Shown piece after piece: positions 16,707 through 25,422 of a stretch of 64,000 bases of DNA. Under the pieces are notes generated by a model. It had not been told where the DNA came from and ran no database searches. It saw only the letters and a list, made by a program, of their open reading frames with translations. The position numbers and the translations under genes were made by a program. Where the stretch lies: the IMG/VR virus record IMGVR_UViG_3300027668_000008, positions 124,001-188,000 of that record; one strand, given 5' to 3'. Each line of letters opens with the position of its first letter. The first letter of the stretch is position 1.

Positions 16707-16907
16707 TTATTGTGTGATCCCTGTTTCAAATTTATGTTTGTATCTGGGACCATTACCTGTCTGTTGCATAACTTCGTAAGCATATCTCCAGTCGTTTCCG
16801 TATTCTGTCTTTGCCCATAAGAGTAACTGATCGTCTTTCGCACCACGTGTAGGGGTGAATCGGACGTCAAGCCAACTCAAGATGGACGTATATAGCATTT
16901 GTGCCAT
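16707..16907 (-). CDS. Small conserved hypothetical protein (WAKTEY motif)
   Basis: 66 aa, AGGAG RBS, first gene after the structured leader. Confidence 0.75.
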   Translation of the reverse strand: MAQMLYTSILSWLDVRFTPTRGAKDDQLLLWAKTEYGNDWRYAYEVMQQTGNGPRYKHKFETGITQ

Positions 16908-16924
16908 TTGTCAATCTCCTAAGT

Positions 16925-17112
16925 ATAAAATATATATGATGCTTGAGGAAAGCAATACCCCGGAACTTCCCCGGCGGTGCGTGAACCTTTGGTTCCCGTC
17001 AGTCTTTTTAAAGCATAGCCAATGCTCTAGTCTTTCCTAGTGCCACTCTTTTTTTCTGAGCCGAGGTCGCTCTTGAATAAAAACAAACGAATGTTTGTGA
17101 TTTTTTTATTCA
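16925..17112 (-). ncRNA. Structured leader RNA with 3' pseudoknot (possibly manA-motif-like)
   Basis: Multiple hairpins and an H-type pseudoknot GGGG-TATTGCTT-TCC-TC-AAGCA, downstream of TATAAATA at 17117-17124. Confidence 0.6.
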
Positions 17113-17155
17113 ATGTTATTTATACAATAGGTCAGGATTACTGCCCTATTAGGAT

Positions 17156-17172
17156 TGCATACTCGTTATGCA
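17156..17172. promoter_or_regulatory. Palindrome TGCAT-N7-ATGCA, LysR-type (T-N11-A) box candidate
   Basis: Perfect inverted repeat upstream of the promoter of the DUF1127 operon. Confidence 0.4.
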
Positions 17173-17188
17173 TTTTTGTTATAATGGA

Positions 17189-18328
17189 TTACTCGCCTAT
17201 AGTTGAATTTTCATAGACTGTATTTAATTGATTTGCTACTTGAATAAATGTAGCACACTTCGAAAGTCGCTTTAACTTATTTGCTCCAACGTAAGTGCAG
17301 GCACTTCTGATGCCTCCTAGAATGTCTTGAATAGTTATGTCTACATCTCCGCGATAAGGTACTAGTGCAGTACGTCCTTCGCTACTACGGTAGTCTTTTA
17401 AGCCACTAAAGTGTTTTTCGTTGGCTGTTTTAGAACTCATACCGTAGAATTGCACAAACTTCTTTTCTTCTATCTTTCTAGTTGTACCAGTTGACATTTC
17501 ATTAGTCATATATTTTTTAGTAATTACTTCGCCACCGCCTTCATTATGTCCTGCTAACATACCGCCAAGCATAACAAAATCTGCTCCTCCGGCAAAAGCC
17601 TTAGCAACATCACCCGGGCAAGTACAGCCACCATCAGCAATGATATGTCCACCTAATCCGTGGGCCGCATCAGCACATTCCATAACTGCTGAAAGTTGAG
17701 GATATCCAACACCAGTTTTAAGTCTAGTAGTACAAACACTGCCAGGACCAATACCAACTTTAACAATATCGGCTCCATTTAATATCAATTCCTGTGTTTG
17801 GTCTGCCGTAACTACGTTACCGGCAATAATAACAATTTCTGGATAACTTTTCCTAAACGCACTAATAAAGTCTAAAAAGCGTTCACTATACCCGTTTGCT
17901 ACATCAATACAAACATATTTTAATTTGTTACCTGTTTGCTCGTATACATCACGAAACTTTTGTTGGTCGTGGTCTAAAATTCCTATGCTCATTGCTACAT
18001 TATTACTACGTTCGTTACCTTCTACGTCAAAGTAACTTACTAGTTCTGTAACTGTGTAAGTTTTAACTAGACAGGTAAAAATTCTTTGTTTTGCTAACTT
18101 ATCAGCCATAGCAAGTGTGCCAACACCGTCCATGTTTGAAGCCATAAGTGGTATGCCTTTAAAGTCGCCATGCTCTGAACGTCTATTTAATCCTGGTTCG
18201 CTTGGCTTATAATGACGATAAGTAAACCTACGGTGTAAATCTACTTCTTTCCGTGAACCCAATGTACTACGTTTAGGTCTCATTAATACACTAGCATAAT
18301 CTAGTTTGATATCTGATTCTATTCTCAT
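17189..18328 (-). CDS. guaC: GMP reductase
   Basis: PLMASNMDGVGT, CIDVANGYSE, IIAGNVVT, VKVGIGPGSVCTTR, ADGGCTCPGDVAKAF, FYGMSS, YRSSEG. Confidence 0.95.
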   Translation of the reverse strand: MRIESDIKLDYASVLMRPKRSTLGSRKEVDLHRRFTYRHYKPSEPGLNRRSEHGDFKGIPLMASNMDGVGTLAMADKLAKQRIFTCLVKTYTVTELVSYFDVEGNERSNNVAMSIGILDHDQQKFRDVYEQTGNKLKYVCIDVANGYSERFLDFISAFRKSYPEIVIIAGNVVTADQTQELILNGADIVKVGIGPGSVCTTRLKTGVGYPQLSAVMECADAAHGLGGHIIADGGCTCPGDVAKAFAGGADFVMLGGMLAGHNEGGGEVITKKYMTNEMSTGTTRKIEEKKFVQFYGMSSKTANEKHFSGLKDYRSSEGRTALVPYRGDVDITIQDILGGIRSACTYVGANKLKRLSKCATFIQVANQLNTVYENSTIGE

Positions 18329-19041
18329 TTTATTATCTCAATCCTTGGTGATAAATGTTTAGGTTGAAAACCTAATTTCTTCATATATGTAATGTCGGCT
18401 AATGTGTGTTGTCTTTCATGTGGCGTGTGTAATTTAATTGGTAAGTCGGGTGCATAATCTCTAACTTGCACACTATTACCCGATCCAATATCAATACACC
18501 CTATAACATCGGGATTAGTAACTAGTATCCAAATTGCATCTAAACAATCATCCATGTGTATAAAATCTCTAGTATGATTTGTTACATATTCTAATGTTTT
18601 ATTTTTTAACTTATCAAAAAACATTCCTTCTCTTGGTACATCCGAATATACAGTATGAAATCGCATACCAACTGTAAAAGGATAAGATGCTCCTAAGAAT
18701 TCCAAACAATGTTTGGAAGCCGCATACGGATTTAAATGTGGTTCATATTGTGAGCTCGAACTTGCATAAAGAATTCGTTTGCCTTTATACTTGTCAAATA
18801 AGCGTCTACTGGCTTCAATGTTATTCAACCAATAACTTGTTGGGTCTGCTAAACTTTGTCTTACTCCACTTTTACCTGCTAAATGTATAACAATGTCTAC
18901 AGTATGAGGTTCAGGCAGTTCACAATCCAGTAAATCGTTACCATCTTGTTTGTCGATACCTATTACATTATGAAAATCTCCAAGACGTTTTGTTAACTGA
19001 GATCCAATAAAACCTTTGTGTCCTGTTATTAGAATATTCAT
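18325..19041 (-). CDS. NAD-dependent epimerase/dehydratase (short SDR)
   Basis: ILITGHKGFIGS, IHLAG, YASSSS, YAASK, RDFIHMDD. Confidence 0.9.
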   Translation of the reverse strand: MNILITGHKGFIGSQLTKRLGDFHNVIGIDKQDGNDLLDCELPEPHTVDIVIHLAGKSGVRQSLADPTSYWLNNIEASRRLFDKYKGKRILYASSSSQYEPHLNPYAASKHCLEFLGASYPFTVGMRFHTVYSDVPREGMFFDKLKNKTLEYVTNHTRDFIHMDDCLDAIWILVTNPDVIGCIDIGSGNSVQVRDYAPDLPIKLHTPHERQHTLADITYMKKLGFQPKHLSPRIEIIK

Positions 19042-19574
19042 CGGGTTATTCCAAAATGTTTAAAGGACTGCTGAACACACTTTGCTTGATAATAACAATC
19101 TGCCAAGGCGTTGTGAGCATCTGTTTGTATTGCTTTACGAGGATCTACAGGCATCATACTAAACAATGTTCTACTATCTCGCACTTGCCAGAAGTTCCAT
19201 GGAATAGGTTGTTTCATCTGTCTATATAAATTTTCTAATATAACCATATCGAATGCAGGACCTTGACACCAAATTTGATCACAGCCAATTAACCATTTGT
19301 TAAGTTGTGCTAATGTATCTGCAACACTTGTGCGATTTTCATCACCTAATGCTTCGTCTTGAATTTCTTTCTTTTGTTTGCCCCACCACTCGAGTGTTCC
19401 AGGATCCACACTACGATTCATAGTAGATTGTTCATCTACATCTAAACGTAAATATAAACCTTTTGCAGGTTCTTCATTATTATATGGATTAAATTTTATT
19501 CCACCCAGTGTAAGTACTGTGCAGTCTGGTTGAGTGCCTAGTGTTTCTAGGTCAATCATTGCGTGTGTTGACAT
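19038..19574 (-). CDS. DEDDh 3'-5' exonuclease (DexA/Rv2179c-like)
   Basis: MIDLETLG, WCQGPAFD, VRDSRT, HNALADC. Confidence 0.9.
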   Translation of the reverse strand: MSTHAMIDLETLGTQPDCTVLTLGGIKFNPYNNEEPAKGLYLRLDVDEQSTMNRSVDPGTLEWWGKQKKEIQDEALGDENRTSVADTLAQLNKWLIGCDQIWCQGPAFDMVILENLYRQMKQPIPWNFWQVRDSRTLFSMMPVDPRKAIQTDAHNALADCYYQAKCVQQSFKHFGITR

Positions 19575-19582
19575 AGTTGCCC

Positions 19583-19894
19583 CTATTTGTCTTCTTCGAT
19601 TCTCACTTCTAACGGGTATCCGTCGTTTCTAGCCGCTAGTGTAACTTCGATGCCTTTTTGTTCTGCCATTTCATAAGGATAAGTTGCCACTACGGCTGAA
19701 CCATCTTCGTGTATGTCTACAACAATTTTATTGGCTTGTGCATCTGTATATTCAAAGTAATCTGTTAAACAACTAACTACAAATTCCATTGTAGTTACAT
19801 CATCATTTAACATGATAACTTTCCATAAATTAGGTTCTTTTAGCTCTACTTTAGATGCCGGTTTTACTATGGTTGCATTATTTGTATCTGTCAT
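19583..19894 (-). CDS. clpS: N-degron adaptor ClpS
   Basis: WKVIMLNDDVTTMEFVV, DIHEDGSAVV, AEQK, YPLEV. Confidence 0.93.
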   Translation of the reverse strand: MTDTNNATIVKPASKVELKEPNLWKVIMLNDDVTTMEFVVSCLTDYFEYTDAQANKIVVDIHEDGSAVVATYPYEMAEQKGIEVTLAARNDGYPLEVRIEEDK

Positions 19895-19936
19895 AAGCCC
19901 TTACTTCTTTTATGTGTTTTATTCATTTACTGTTAC

Positions 19937-19965
19937 AGTATACAATATCGTGATGTACTTGTCAA
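19937..19965 (-). promoter_or_regulatory. sigma70-type promoter of the clpS operon
   Basis: TTGACA-N17-TATACT. Confidence 0.8.
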
Positions 19966-19975
19966 CCGCTAAGAT

Positions 19976-20009
19976 AAGGATAGCGACTACAGATTACTGC
20001 AATCGCTAT
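19976..20009 (-). terminator. Hairpin after hsp20
   Basis: GATAGCGA/TCGCTATC inverted repeat. Confidence 0.55.
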
Positions 20010-20023
20010 CTACAGAATTGAAA

Positions 20024-20458
20024 TTACTTAATTTCGATTGTTTTTGGCTTCTTAGACTCTGGAATAATCTTTTCCAATGATACTGTAAGTAAACCATCTT
20101 TTAGTTCTGCACCCTGTGTTACCATATCTTCTGCAAGTGTGAACTTTCTAACAAACTGACGTTTTGAAATACCTTTATGTATTACGCCAGGTTCTGGCTC
20201 TTGCCCTTCATCTGATACTACAGATTTGATGATTAGCTCGTTTTCGATAGTTTTGACTTCAATGTCGTCTTTACCGAATCCTGCTAATGCAACTTCAATA
20301 GTATATGTAAGGTCACCTGTTTTAATGATATTGTACGGTGGGTAATTCAACTGGTTACCTGAGCTCATACGTTCGAAAGAATCGAACATCTCGTCAAAGC
20401 CGATTGTCATCGGGCGTAATTGGTTGAAAAATGATAGATTTGTTTTGTATTGTGTCAT
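20024..20458 (-). CDS. ibpA: Small heat shock protein Hsp20 (IbpA-like)
   Basis: NYPPYNII, IEVALAGF, IHKGISKRQF, LKDGLLTVSL, KPKTIEIK. Confidence 0.95.
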   Translation of the reverse strand: MTQYKTNLSFFNQLRPMTIGFDEMFDSFERMSSGNQLNYPPYNIIKTGDLTYTIEVALAGFGKDDIEVKTIENELIIKSVVSDEGQEPEPGVIHKGISKRQFVRKFTLAEDMVTQGAELKDGLLTVSLEKIIPESKKPKTIEIK

Positions 20459-20520
20459 GCTATAACTCCTTTTTTAGTAAGCAAGTTTGTTGTAATGCAA
20501 CCCTATAATTAGGCATTGCG
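20459..20520 (-). promoter_or_regulatory. ROSE-like RNA thermometer in the hsp20 5'UTR
   Basis: CTTGCTT pairs with the SD AAGGAG leaving a bulged G; upstream hairpin GCAATGCCT/AGGGTTGC. Confidence 0.7.
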
Positions 20521-20688
20521 TATAATAATATGCACTAGAACTATTTCTAATACATACTGTATTATATAGTTATTTATATTCAAAAGTCAAGTCCTTTTGG
20601 TAAAAAAACTCTATAATATGGTACTTTAAACGCACACAGACGTCATATAACGGCACTTTACAGTATATATTACTGTTTACCGTATATA

Positions 20689-20979
20689 TTAACTACGTCT
20701 TTCGTTTTCTTTTTGTAGTTTTTTAGCCCGAGCAATGCCTTGTTTCTTCTTTTCTCTTTTAATTTCCGAAGGCTTTTGATAGTATTGTCTATCTCGTTGC
20801 AGTTGTAGTATACCATCATTCATAATTCGCTTTTTGAGTTTTCTCATAGCCTTAGTCAATGCTTCTGGTCCGTCACCTACTACGTGAACCATTAGTCCCT
20901 CGTCTCGTGGTCTGTCTTCCCATTTCTTCTTGTTATTGAAGTTGTTCTTAAAATTACTTTTGTTTCCTTGGTACGCCAA
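20689..20979 (-). CDS. rpsU: Ribosomal protein bS21 with N-terminal extension
   Basis: ALTKAMRKLKKRI, RDRQYYQKPSEIKREKKK; TTG start. Confidence 0.9.
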   Translation of the reverse strand: MAYQGNKSNFKNNFNNKKKWEDRPRDEGLMVHVVGDGPEALTKAMRKLKKRIMNDGILQLQRDRQYYQKPSEIKREKKKQGIARAKKLQKENERRS

Positions 20980-20980
20980 A

Positions 20981-21355
20981 TTATCCTCCGTTGTTGCTAT
21001 CTAGTTGTTTAACTAATGAAGTAAACACATCGAAACTATAGTTATTGTTTATTGTCCGATGTTCTTCACTATTGTGGTATACGTTAGGGCGTGATAGTAC
21101 CCAACCTAAGTATAACCTGTCAATCTTTGTTTGTTTATCAACAAATACAAAATTGCTTGAATTTATTGTGTTTGCAATCCAAGTAAAGTCTTTGTCGTTT
21201 TCTGTAACACAATGAACACTTACTCTACGTTCATCTTTATCCAGTATTGGTAATATGTCGTTAATTAAAGGAGAATCTCCTACTAAACATATTTTATAAT
21301 CACTATTGTGATCAAAGTCTGGACTTGTTACTATTGTAATTTTATCGTTTATCAT
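20981..21355 (-). CDS. Hypothetical protein
   Basis: 124-aa ORF in operon. Confidence 0.7.
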   Translation of the reverse strand: MINDKITIVTSPDFDHNSDYKICLVGDSPLINDILPILDKDERRVSVHCVTENDKDFTWIANTINSSNFVFVDKQTKIDRLYLGWVLSRPNVYHNSEEHRTINNNYSFDVFTSLVKQLDSNNGG

Positions 21356-23436
21356 TCTTTACCGTTGGATAAAAAGTCTGTCATTGTTCCTTTTTCAGAA
21401 TCTGTTAAATCTTCAAGTTCTATTTCGCCTTGTGCTACTTTCTCGACAAGTGTGCGAACATAATCTTCTGTTAAGTAACCGTCTGTTCCGGACTTATCAA
21501 CTTCGATCCATTTCTTTTCATTCCACTTGTACAATTTGTGTGGGAATAAATCAGTTTTTGTAAACAGTTGTCCATTAACTGCATCTACCGGAAACTTACT
21601 TCCATATGTCGCAGGTGGTACAACGTCTCCATCTTTCATACTAGCCATCATAGTAGCAATATCATTATCTACTTGTGGTTTTAAAATATCAGGTGTCATA
21701 TCTGGAGCACCGTCAACTTCTACTAGTTTATATTTTTCGTTTAATCTAGCAATCGCGGCATCTCTTGCCTTAATTTCTTTTTCCCTTGCTGACAGATTTG
21801 CTTCTACTTCTAATTTTTGTTTTTGTACTTCCAGTTTTTCTAGTAACTGCTTTTCGCTTTCCGATAGTGCCGCTTGTATCTTCGTTTCGTCTTCCACTAG
21901 TTTTTCTACTTCCACCAGTTTCTCTACGACTTCGGGCTCTTTCTCTTCTAAGAACTTTACTGTTGCTTGTAGTTCAGCAAGATTATCATCTTTATTAGAT
22001 ATCTTTTGTTTTAAGCCGTCAGTAACTTTAAGATGTTTTGCATCTGCATCTTCCATTAGTTTCATTAAACGTTGTTCAAGTGCATCTTTGTCTTTGATAG
22101 TTTTATCAATCGCTTTTTGCAGTTTAGTAATGTCTTTATCTTTTGCAGTATTACTAGCCTGCAGAGCATCCATCTTTTCTTCAAGTTGATGGAGGAACTT
22201 CGTATAGTCGTCGATCTTCATTTGTAACTCCTCAATTTTCTGTTGTTTTGCTTCGGGACGATTATGGAATTCTTTTTCCTCACGTCTCCATTTTAATTGC
22301 ATTGTTCCTGCCAACACTAACATGATTGCTAGTGGATCAAACACTATAACAATAATAATGATTACCCAACGCACTGCGTCTTCGAGCATATTTTTGTCTG
22401 CGTCATTGCCGTATATAAACTGTGCAATATATTTAATAGGCCCTACTTCTGCTTCTAGTTTACGATACTCGCCTTCTAGTGCATACTTCTCATCTACAAG
22501 ATTATCAATCTCGTTATTAGCCGTCTTAATTCTTAAATTTTGTGTATCTACTTCTGCATCAATACTTTCTGTTTTATCAGTATCGCCAAGTTGGTTACGC
22601 AACCTATTAATTAATTCATTCGATTGTGTAATTTGTGATTCAACTGTTTTACGCAATCTTTGTATTTCTAAAGCCGCCGCTTTTGCTTGTGTATTGTTAG
22701 AGGCTTGTTCAATTTGAGATAACAAAGATAAACGTTCTTTTTGTTTTAAGTCTTTCCAATCACCAATCTTTTCAGCAGTCTTTTTACCAAACACTCCATC
22801 AGCACTTGCACCGATCATTTGTTGTGCTTTTTTAGTTTCGCCACTATCTATATAACTTTGCAGTGTTGCTAGTGATTGATCTAGTCTAGTAAGTTCTGTT
22901 CTATATAACTCTGCTTGACTATTAATAATTAATTGTTGCTCGTCGATGGAAGGTTGTACCCTAGTATATGCACTATCGATACGTTTTTGTTCCTTGTCGA
23001 TTTGCGATTGTATATTAGCGTCACCGCCAACATTACTTGTTTCTAACTTTTTAATTTTGTTTTCAGCACGGAGAATGATATCCTCTTGCCTAACAATTTC
23101 CCCAGAGATACGTTCAACTTGTGCTACACTTTCTTGTCCAGCACTTGTTTGTTCAATATGTGCTTTACTTAAAAATCCAAAAATTCCCATGCTTGTAATA
23201 AACATAAGAATAATAACTGCTATAACCAAATACCAGCGGGTAAATGCAGGTGCTCTTTTCCAATAAGTGTGTAACCATACTGTAGCAGTAATTTTGCCTA
23301 CTTCCAGTACTATACCCATAAGAATAATAGGAAAAACTGCCGCCGCAAAGATGGCTGTTAATCCTACAATACTGTAGTAAGCCGCTATTGCACTTATACT
23401 TAAAGCGACTAATAATGTTATTAATGCGTAGAACAT
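21352..23436 (-). CDS. Large membrane-anchored coiled-coil protein with a peptidoglycan-binding-like motif
   Basis: Three N-terminal TMs, long coiled coil containing QQMIGASADGVFGKKT, second TM, cytoplasmic coiled coil; TATAAATA at 23441-23448. Confidence 0.7.
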   Translation of the reverse strand: MFYALITLLVALSISAIAAYYSIVGLTAIFAAAVFPIILMGIVLEVGKITATVWLHTYWKRAPAFTRWYLVIAVIILMFITSMGIFGFLSKAHIEQTSAGQESVAQVERISGEIVRQEDIILRAENKIKKLETSNVGGDANIQSQIDKEQKRIDSAYTRVQPSIDEQQLIINSQAELYRTELTRLDQSLATLQSYIDSGETKKAQQMIGASADGVFGKKTAEKIGDWKDLKQKERLSLLSQIEQASNNTQAKAAALEIQRLRKTVESQITQSNELINRLRNQLGDTDKTESIDAEVDTQNLRIKTANNEIDNLVDEKYALEGEYRKLEAEVGPIKYIAQFIYGNDADKNMLEDAVRWVIIIIVIVFDPLAIMLVLAGTMQLKWRREEKEFHNRPEAKQQKIEELQMKIDDYTKFLHQLEEKMDALQASNTAKDKDITKLQKAIDKTIKDKDALEQRLMKLMEDADAKHLKVTDGLKQKISNKDDNLAELQATVKFLEEKEPEVVEKLVEVEKLVEDETKIQAALSESEKQLLEKLEVQKQKLEVEANLSAREKEIKARDAAIARLNEKYKLVEVDGAPDMTPDILKPQVDNDIATMMASMKDGDVVPPATYGSKFPVDAVNGQLFTKTDLFPHKLYKWNEKKWIEVDKSGTDGYLTEDYVRTLVEKVAQGEIELEDLTDSEKGTMTDFLSNGKE

Positions 23437-23455
23437 ATAGTATTTATAACTTCCT

Positions 23456-24085
23456 TTATTTCATAAACGTATGGTTTCCTAGTATACCTAGGTGTTCCAT
23501 TTTGTCTGCCCAGTAAGGATAAACTAAATTATGTGCATAATAATATACTGCACCTATTGTATTATCCGAAATCGTGTACGAACCGTGTCCACTAACTATA
23601 ATTGCAATTTGCACAGATTCTCTCCACGCCCTTGCATTACCTTCGATAGTTTGTCCAGTCGATTCTTTGTTTGCCCAAATCGTATCTGCTTTTCCATCAC
23701 AATACCAACTGAATTGGCATCTATGCTTTTTTGGATAAAATATTGCATCATCTGGATCAGGTGTCTGTTTTGTTTTCCAACTTTCTCTAACCGGACCATC
23801 CATTACAACACCACATAAAGTATTGGGCCATCTTTTATCTGCAACTCTATTTTTAGTTACGTTTGCAACTGCGGCTTTACCACTATAACTTTCAGCTCTT
23901 GCTTCAAAGTAGATATTCTCTGCTAAACACTGTATCGCTGGGTGATAAGCATTTTCTACTTTTTCGTTATTAAGTTCGCCCCACAGAATGTGCTTTGCTT
24001 GTGTTGTCAACGTTGCACCAGTAGTAGCAACTGCTGAATTGGATATTGACATTAAAATACCCGTAATAATTAATAGTTTCCGCAT
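23456..24085 (-). CDS. Cell wall hydrolase, SleB/Hydrolase_2 family
   Basis: CLAENIYFEARAE, AVANVTKNRV, WPNTLCGVV, CQFSWYCDGK, YYYAH, GNHTF. Confidence 0.92.
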   Translation of the reverse strand: MRKLLIITGILMSISNSAVATTGATLTTQAKHILWGELNNEKVENAYHPAIQCLAENIYFEARAESYSGKAAVANVTKNRVADKRWPNTLCGVVMDGPVRESWKTKQTPDPDDAIFYPKKHRCQFSWYCDGKADTIWANKESTGQTIEGNARAWRESVQIAIIVSGHGSYTISDNTIGAVYYYAHNLVYPYWADKMEHLGILGNHTFMK

Positions 24086-24120
24086 ACATATCTCCTTATG
24101 TTTGTTTAACTTACTTTATA

Positions 24121-24148
24121 AGTATAACACAAACAGATATATTGTCAA
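24121..24148 (-). promoter_or_regulatory. sigma70-type promoter (extended -10) with conserved early leader
   Basis: TTGACA-N16-TATACT with TGn; followed by TAAGTTAAACAAACATAAGGAG. Confidence 0.75.
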
Positions 24149-24155
24149 CCTTTAA

Positions 24156-24989
24156 TTAGGCCCTATCTTGCACACTTTTTAAATACTTTTCTAGCATTTT
24201 TCCCCAAGTATCGTCAAAATTGTCACTTATCTTCAGTTGTGCTTCTCTTATTAGTGTAGAATCGCACCCACAGTAGTTTATATTCGCCCCTATATGTTGT
24301 AAAAACGTACTGTAAAAGTTGTGCCCTATTAAGTAGGATTTGGCTTTTACTTCGTTTTCTGCATAAAATTTGTTGAATAATTCGATATGGTTTTTTATTG
24401 AATGTGCATTGTAATCTTTTATGAAATCAGATGTTAATCCTGCATACAACCAATCGTTAGTATGTAATAATCCGTGTTTTTCATTTTGTACACCTGTAAA
24501 AACGTATGCTTTATTGTTCCATGCACTTTGTACAAAGTCTTGCAAGAAGTTTGTATTTCTAATAGCACAATCCCAACGAGCATGGAGTACAACATCTGAT
24601 TTTGCTATGTTATCTCTGTGTAAAGAAAGTATGTTATTTAACATGAATAATCTACCAAAGTAGTAGTCAAATGTGACATTGTGACCTAGATGCGATTCGT
24701 TTGAATTGTTTAAGTACTGTTTTAAAACAGGCGAGCATAGGTACTCTTTTGTAAGTACTTGTTCCGGAGATGTTGTCATAACACTACCCCAAAGTGCTTT
24801 GCCTTTAGTATAGTTTTTATGTTTGGCGTTATCCGGTAACTTGTGTAGTTTCTTTATATCGTCTGAATAGTAAGTGTTACTATAAAACGTTACATTGTAT
24901 GTTGACTTGTCAACTAGATTTTGCCACCATTCTAAACAGAAGTCCAAATGTCTTGGATCTCCTGTTAGTATAATAGCAATGCTCTTCAT
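24156..24989 (-). CDS. Hypothetical glycosyltransferase-like protein
   Basis: IAIILTGDPR, DVVLHARWD, HTNDWLYAG. Confidence 0.5.
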   Translation of the reverse strand: MKSIAIILTGDPRHLDFCLEWWQNLVDKSTYNVTFYSNTYYSDDIKKLHKLPDNAKHKNYTKGKALWGSVMTTSPEQVLTKEYLCSPVLKQYLNNSNESHLGHNVTFDYYFGRLFMLNNILSLHRDNIAKSDVVLHARWDCAIRNTNFLQDFVQSAWNNKAYVFTGVQNEKHGLLHTNDWLYAGLTSDFIKDYNAHSIKNHIELFNKFYAENEVKAKSYLIGHNFYSTFLQHIGANINYCGCDSTLIREAQLKISDNFDDTWGKMLEKYLKSVQDRA

Positions 24990-25420
24990 TAAAGCACAAC
25001 TACGCCTTCTTTAAGTAATCTTTTACGATTCTTTTCATGTTGTTTAGCAACATCTTCTTTAGCACCGCCAAAGTACGCAACTGCGTGTCCTGATTTAATC
25101 ATAATCTCTGTGGCACGTTTATCGTCAATTAGGAAGTCACCTAATATTCTACCAAATTTACCTTTTGCATCTTCACCACTTCTGTCAATTTCAGTTTTAA
25201 GTACTGACGTTGATCCCAGTGGCAACATTTCTTTAAGTTTAGCCTTTGCCGCCAAGCCAAATTTCTTTTCAACTTTGTCTCTTGTTCTAGATTCTGGTGT
25301 ATCAATACCCATCATTCTAACACGTTCTTTTTTAAGCCAGACGCCAAAGCCTAAGTCAATATCTACATCAACTGTGTCGCCGTCTACTACTTTAATAATT
25401 TTGCATTTATATTCGTACAT
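24989..25420 (-). CDS. Thermonuclease (SNase-like)
   Basis: VVDGDTVDV, RVRMMGIDTPESRT, GKFGRILG, GHAVAYFGG. Confidence 0.92.
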   Translation of the reverse strand: MYEYKCKIIKVVDGDTVDVDIDLGFGVWLKKERVRMMGIDTPESRTRDKVEKKFGLAAKAKLKEMLPLGSTSVLKTEIDRSGEDAKGKFGRILGDFLIDDKRATEIMIKSGHAVAYFGGAKEDVAKQHEKNRKRLLKEGVVVL

Positions 25421-25422
25421 TT

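Noticed and set aside
16855-17040. 61-aa plus-strand ORF
   Set aside because: Antisense to the structured leader and a real gene; no RBS or recognisable content
20600-20688. Short hairpin ACAGTA-TATAT-TACTGT and GC-richer tract between rpsU and hsp20
   Set aside because: Too short and AT-rich to separate from chance or a weak terminator
9030-20979. Bacterial chromosomal origin or prophage flank for the host-like genes (csgFG, cyclase, guaC, clpS, rpsU)
   Set aside because: They are interspersed with T4-like genes, share phage TAAATA boxes and uniform composition; no integrase, att site or housekeeping synteny
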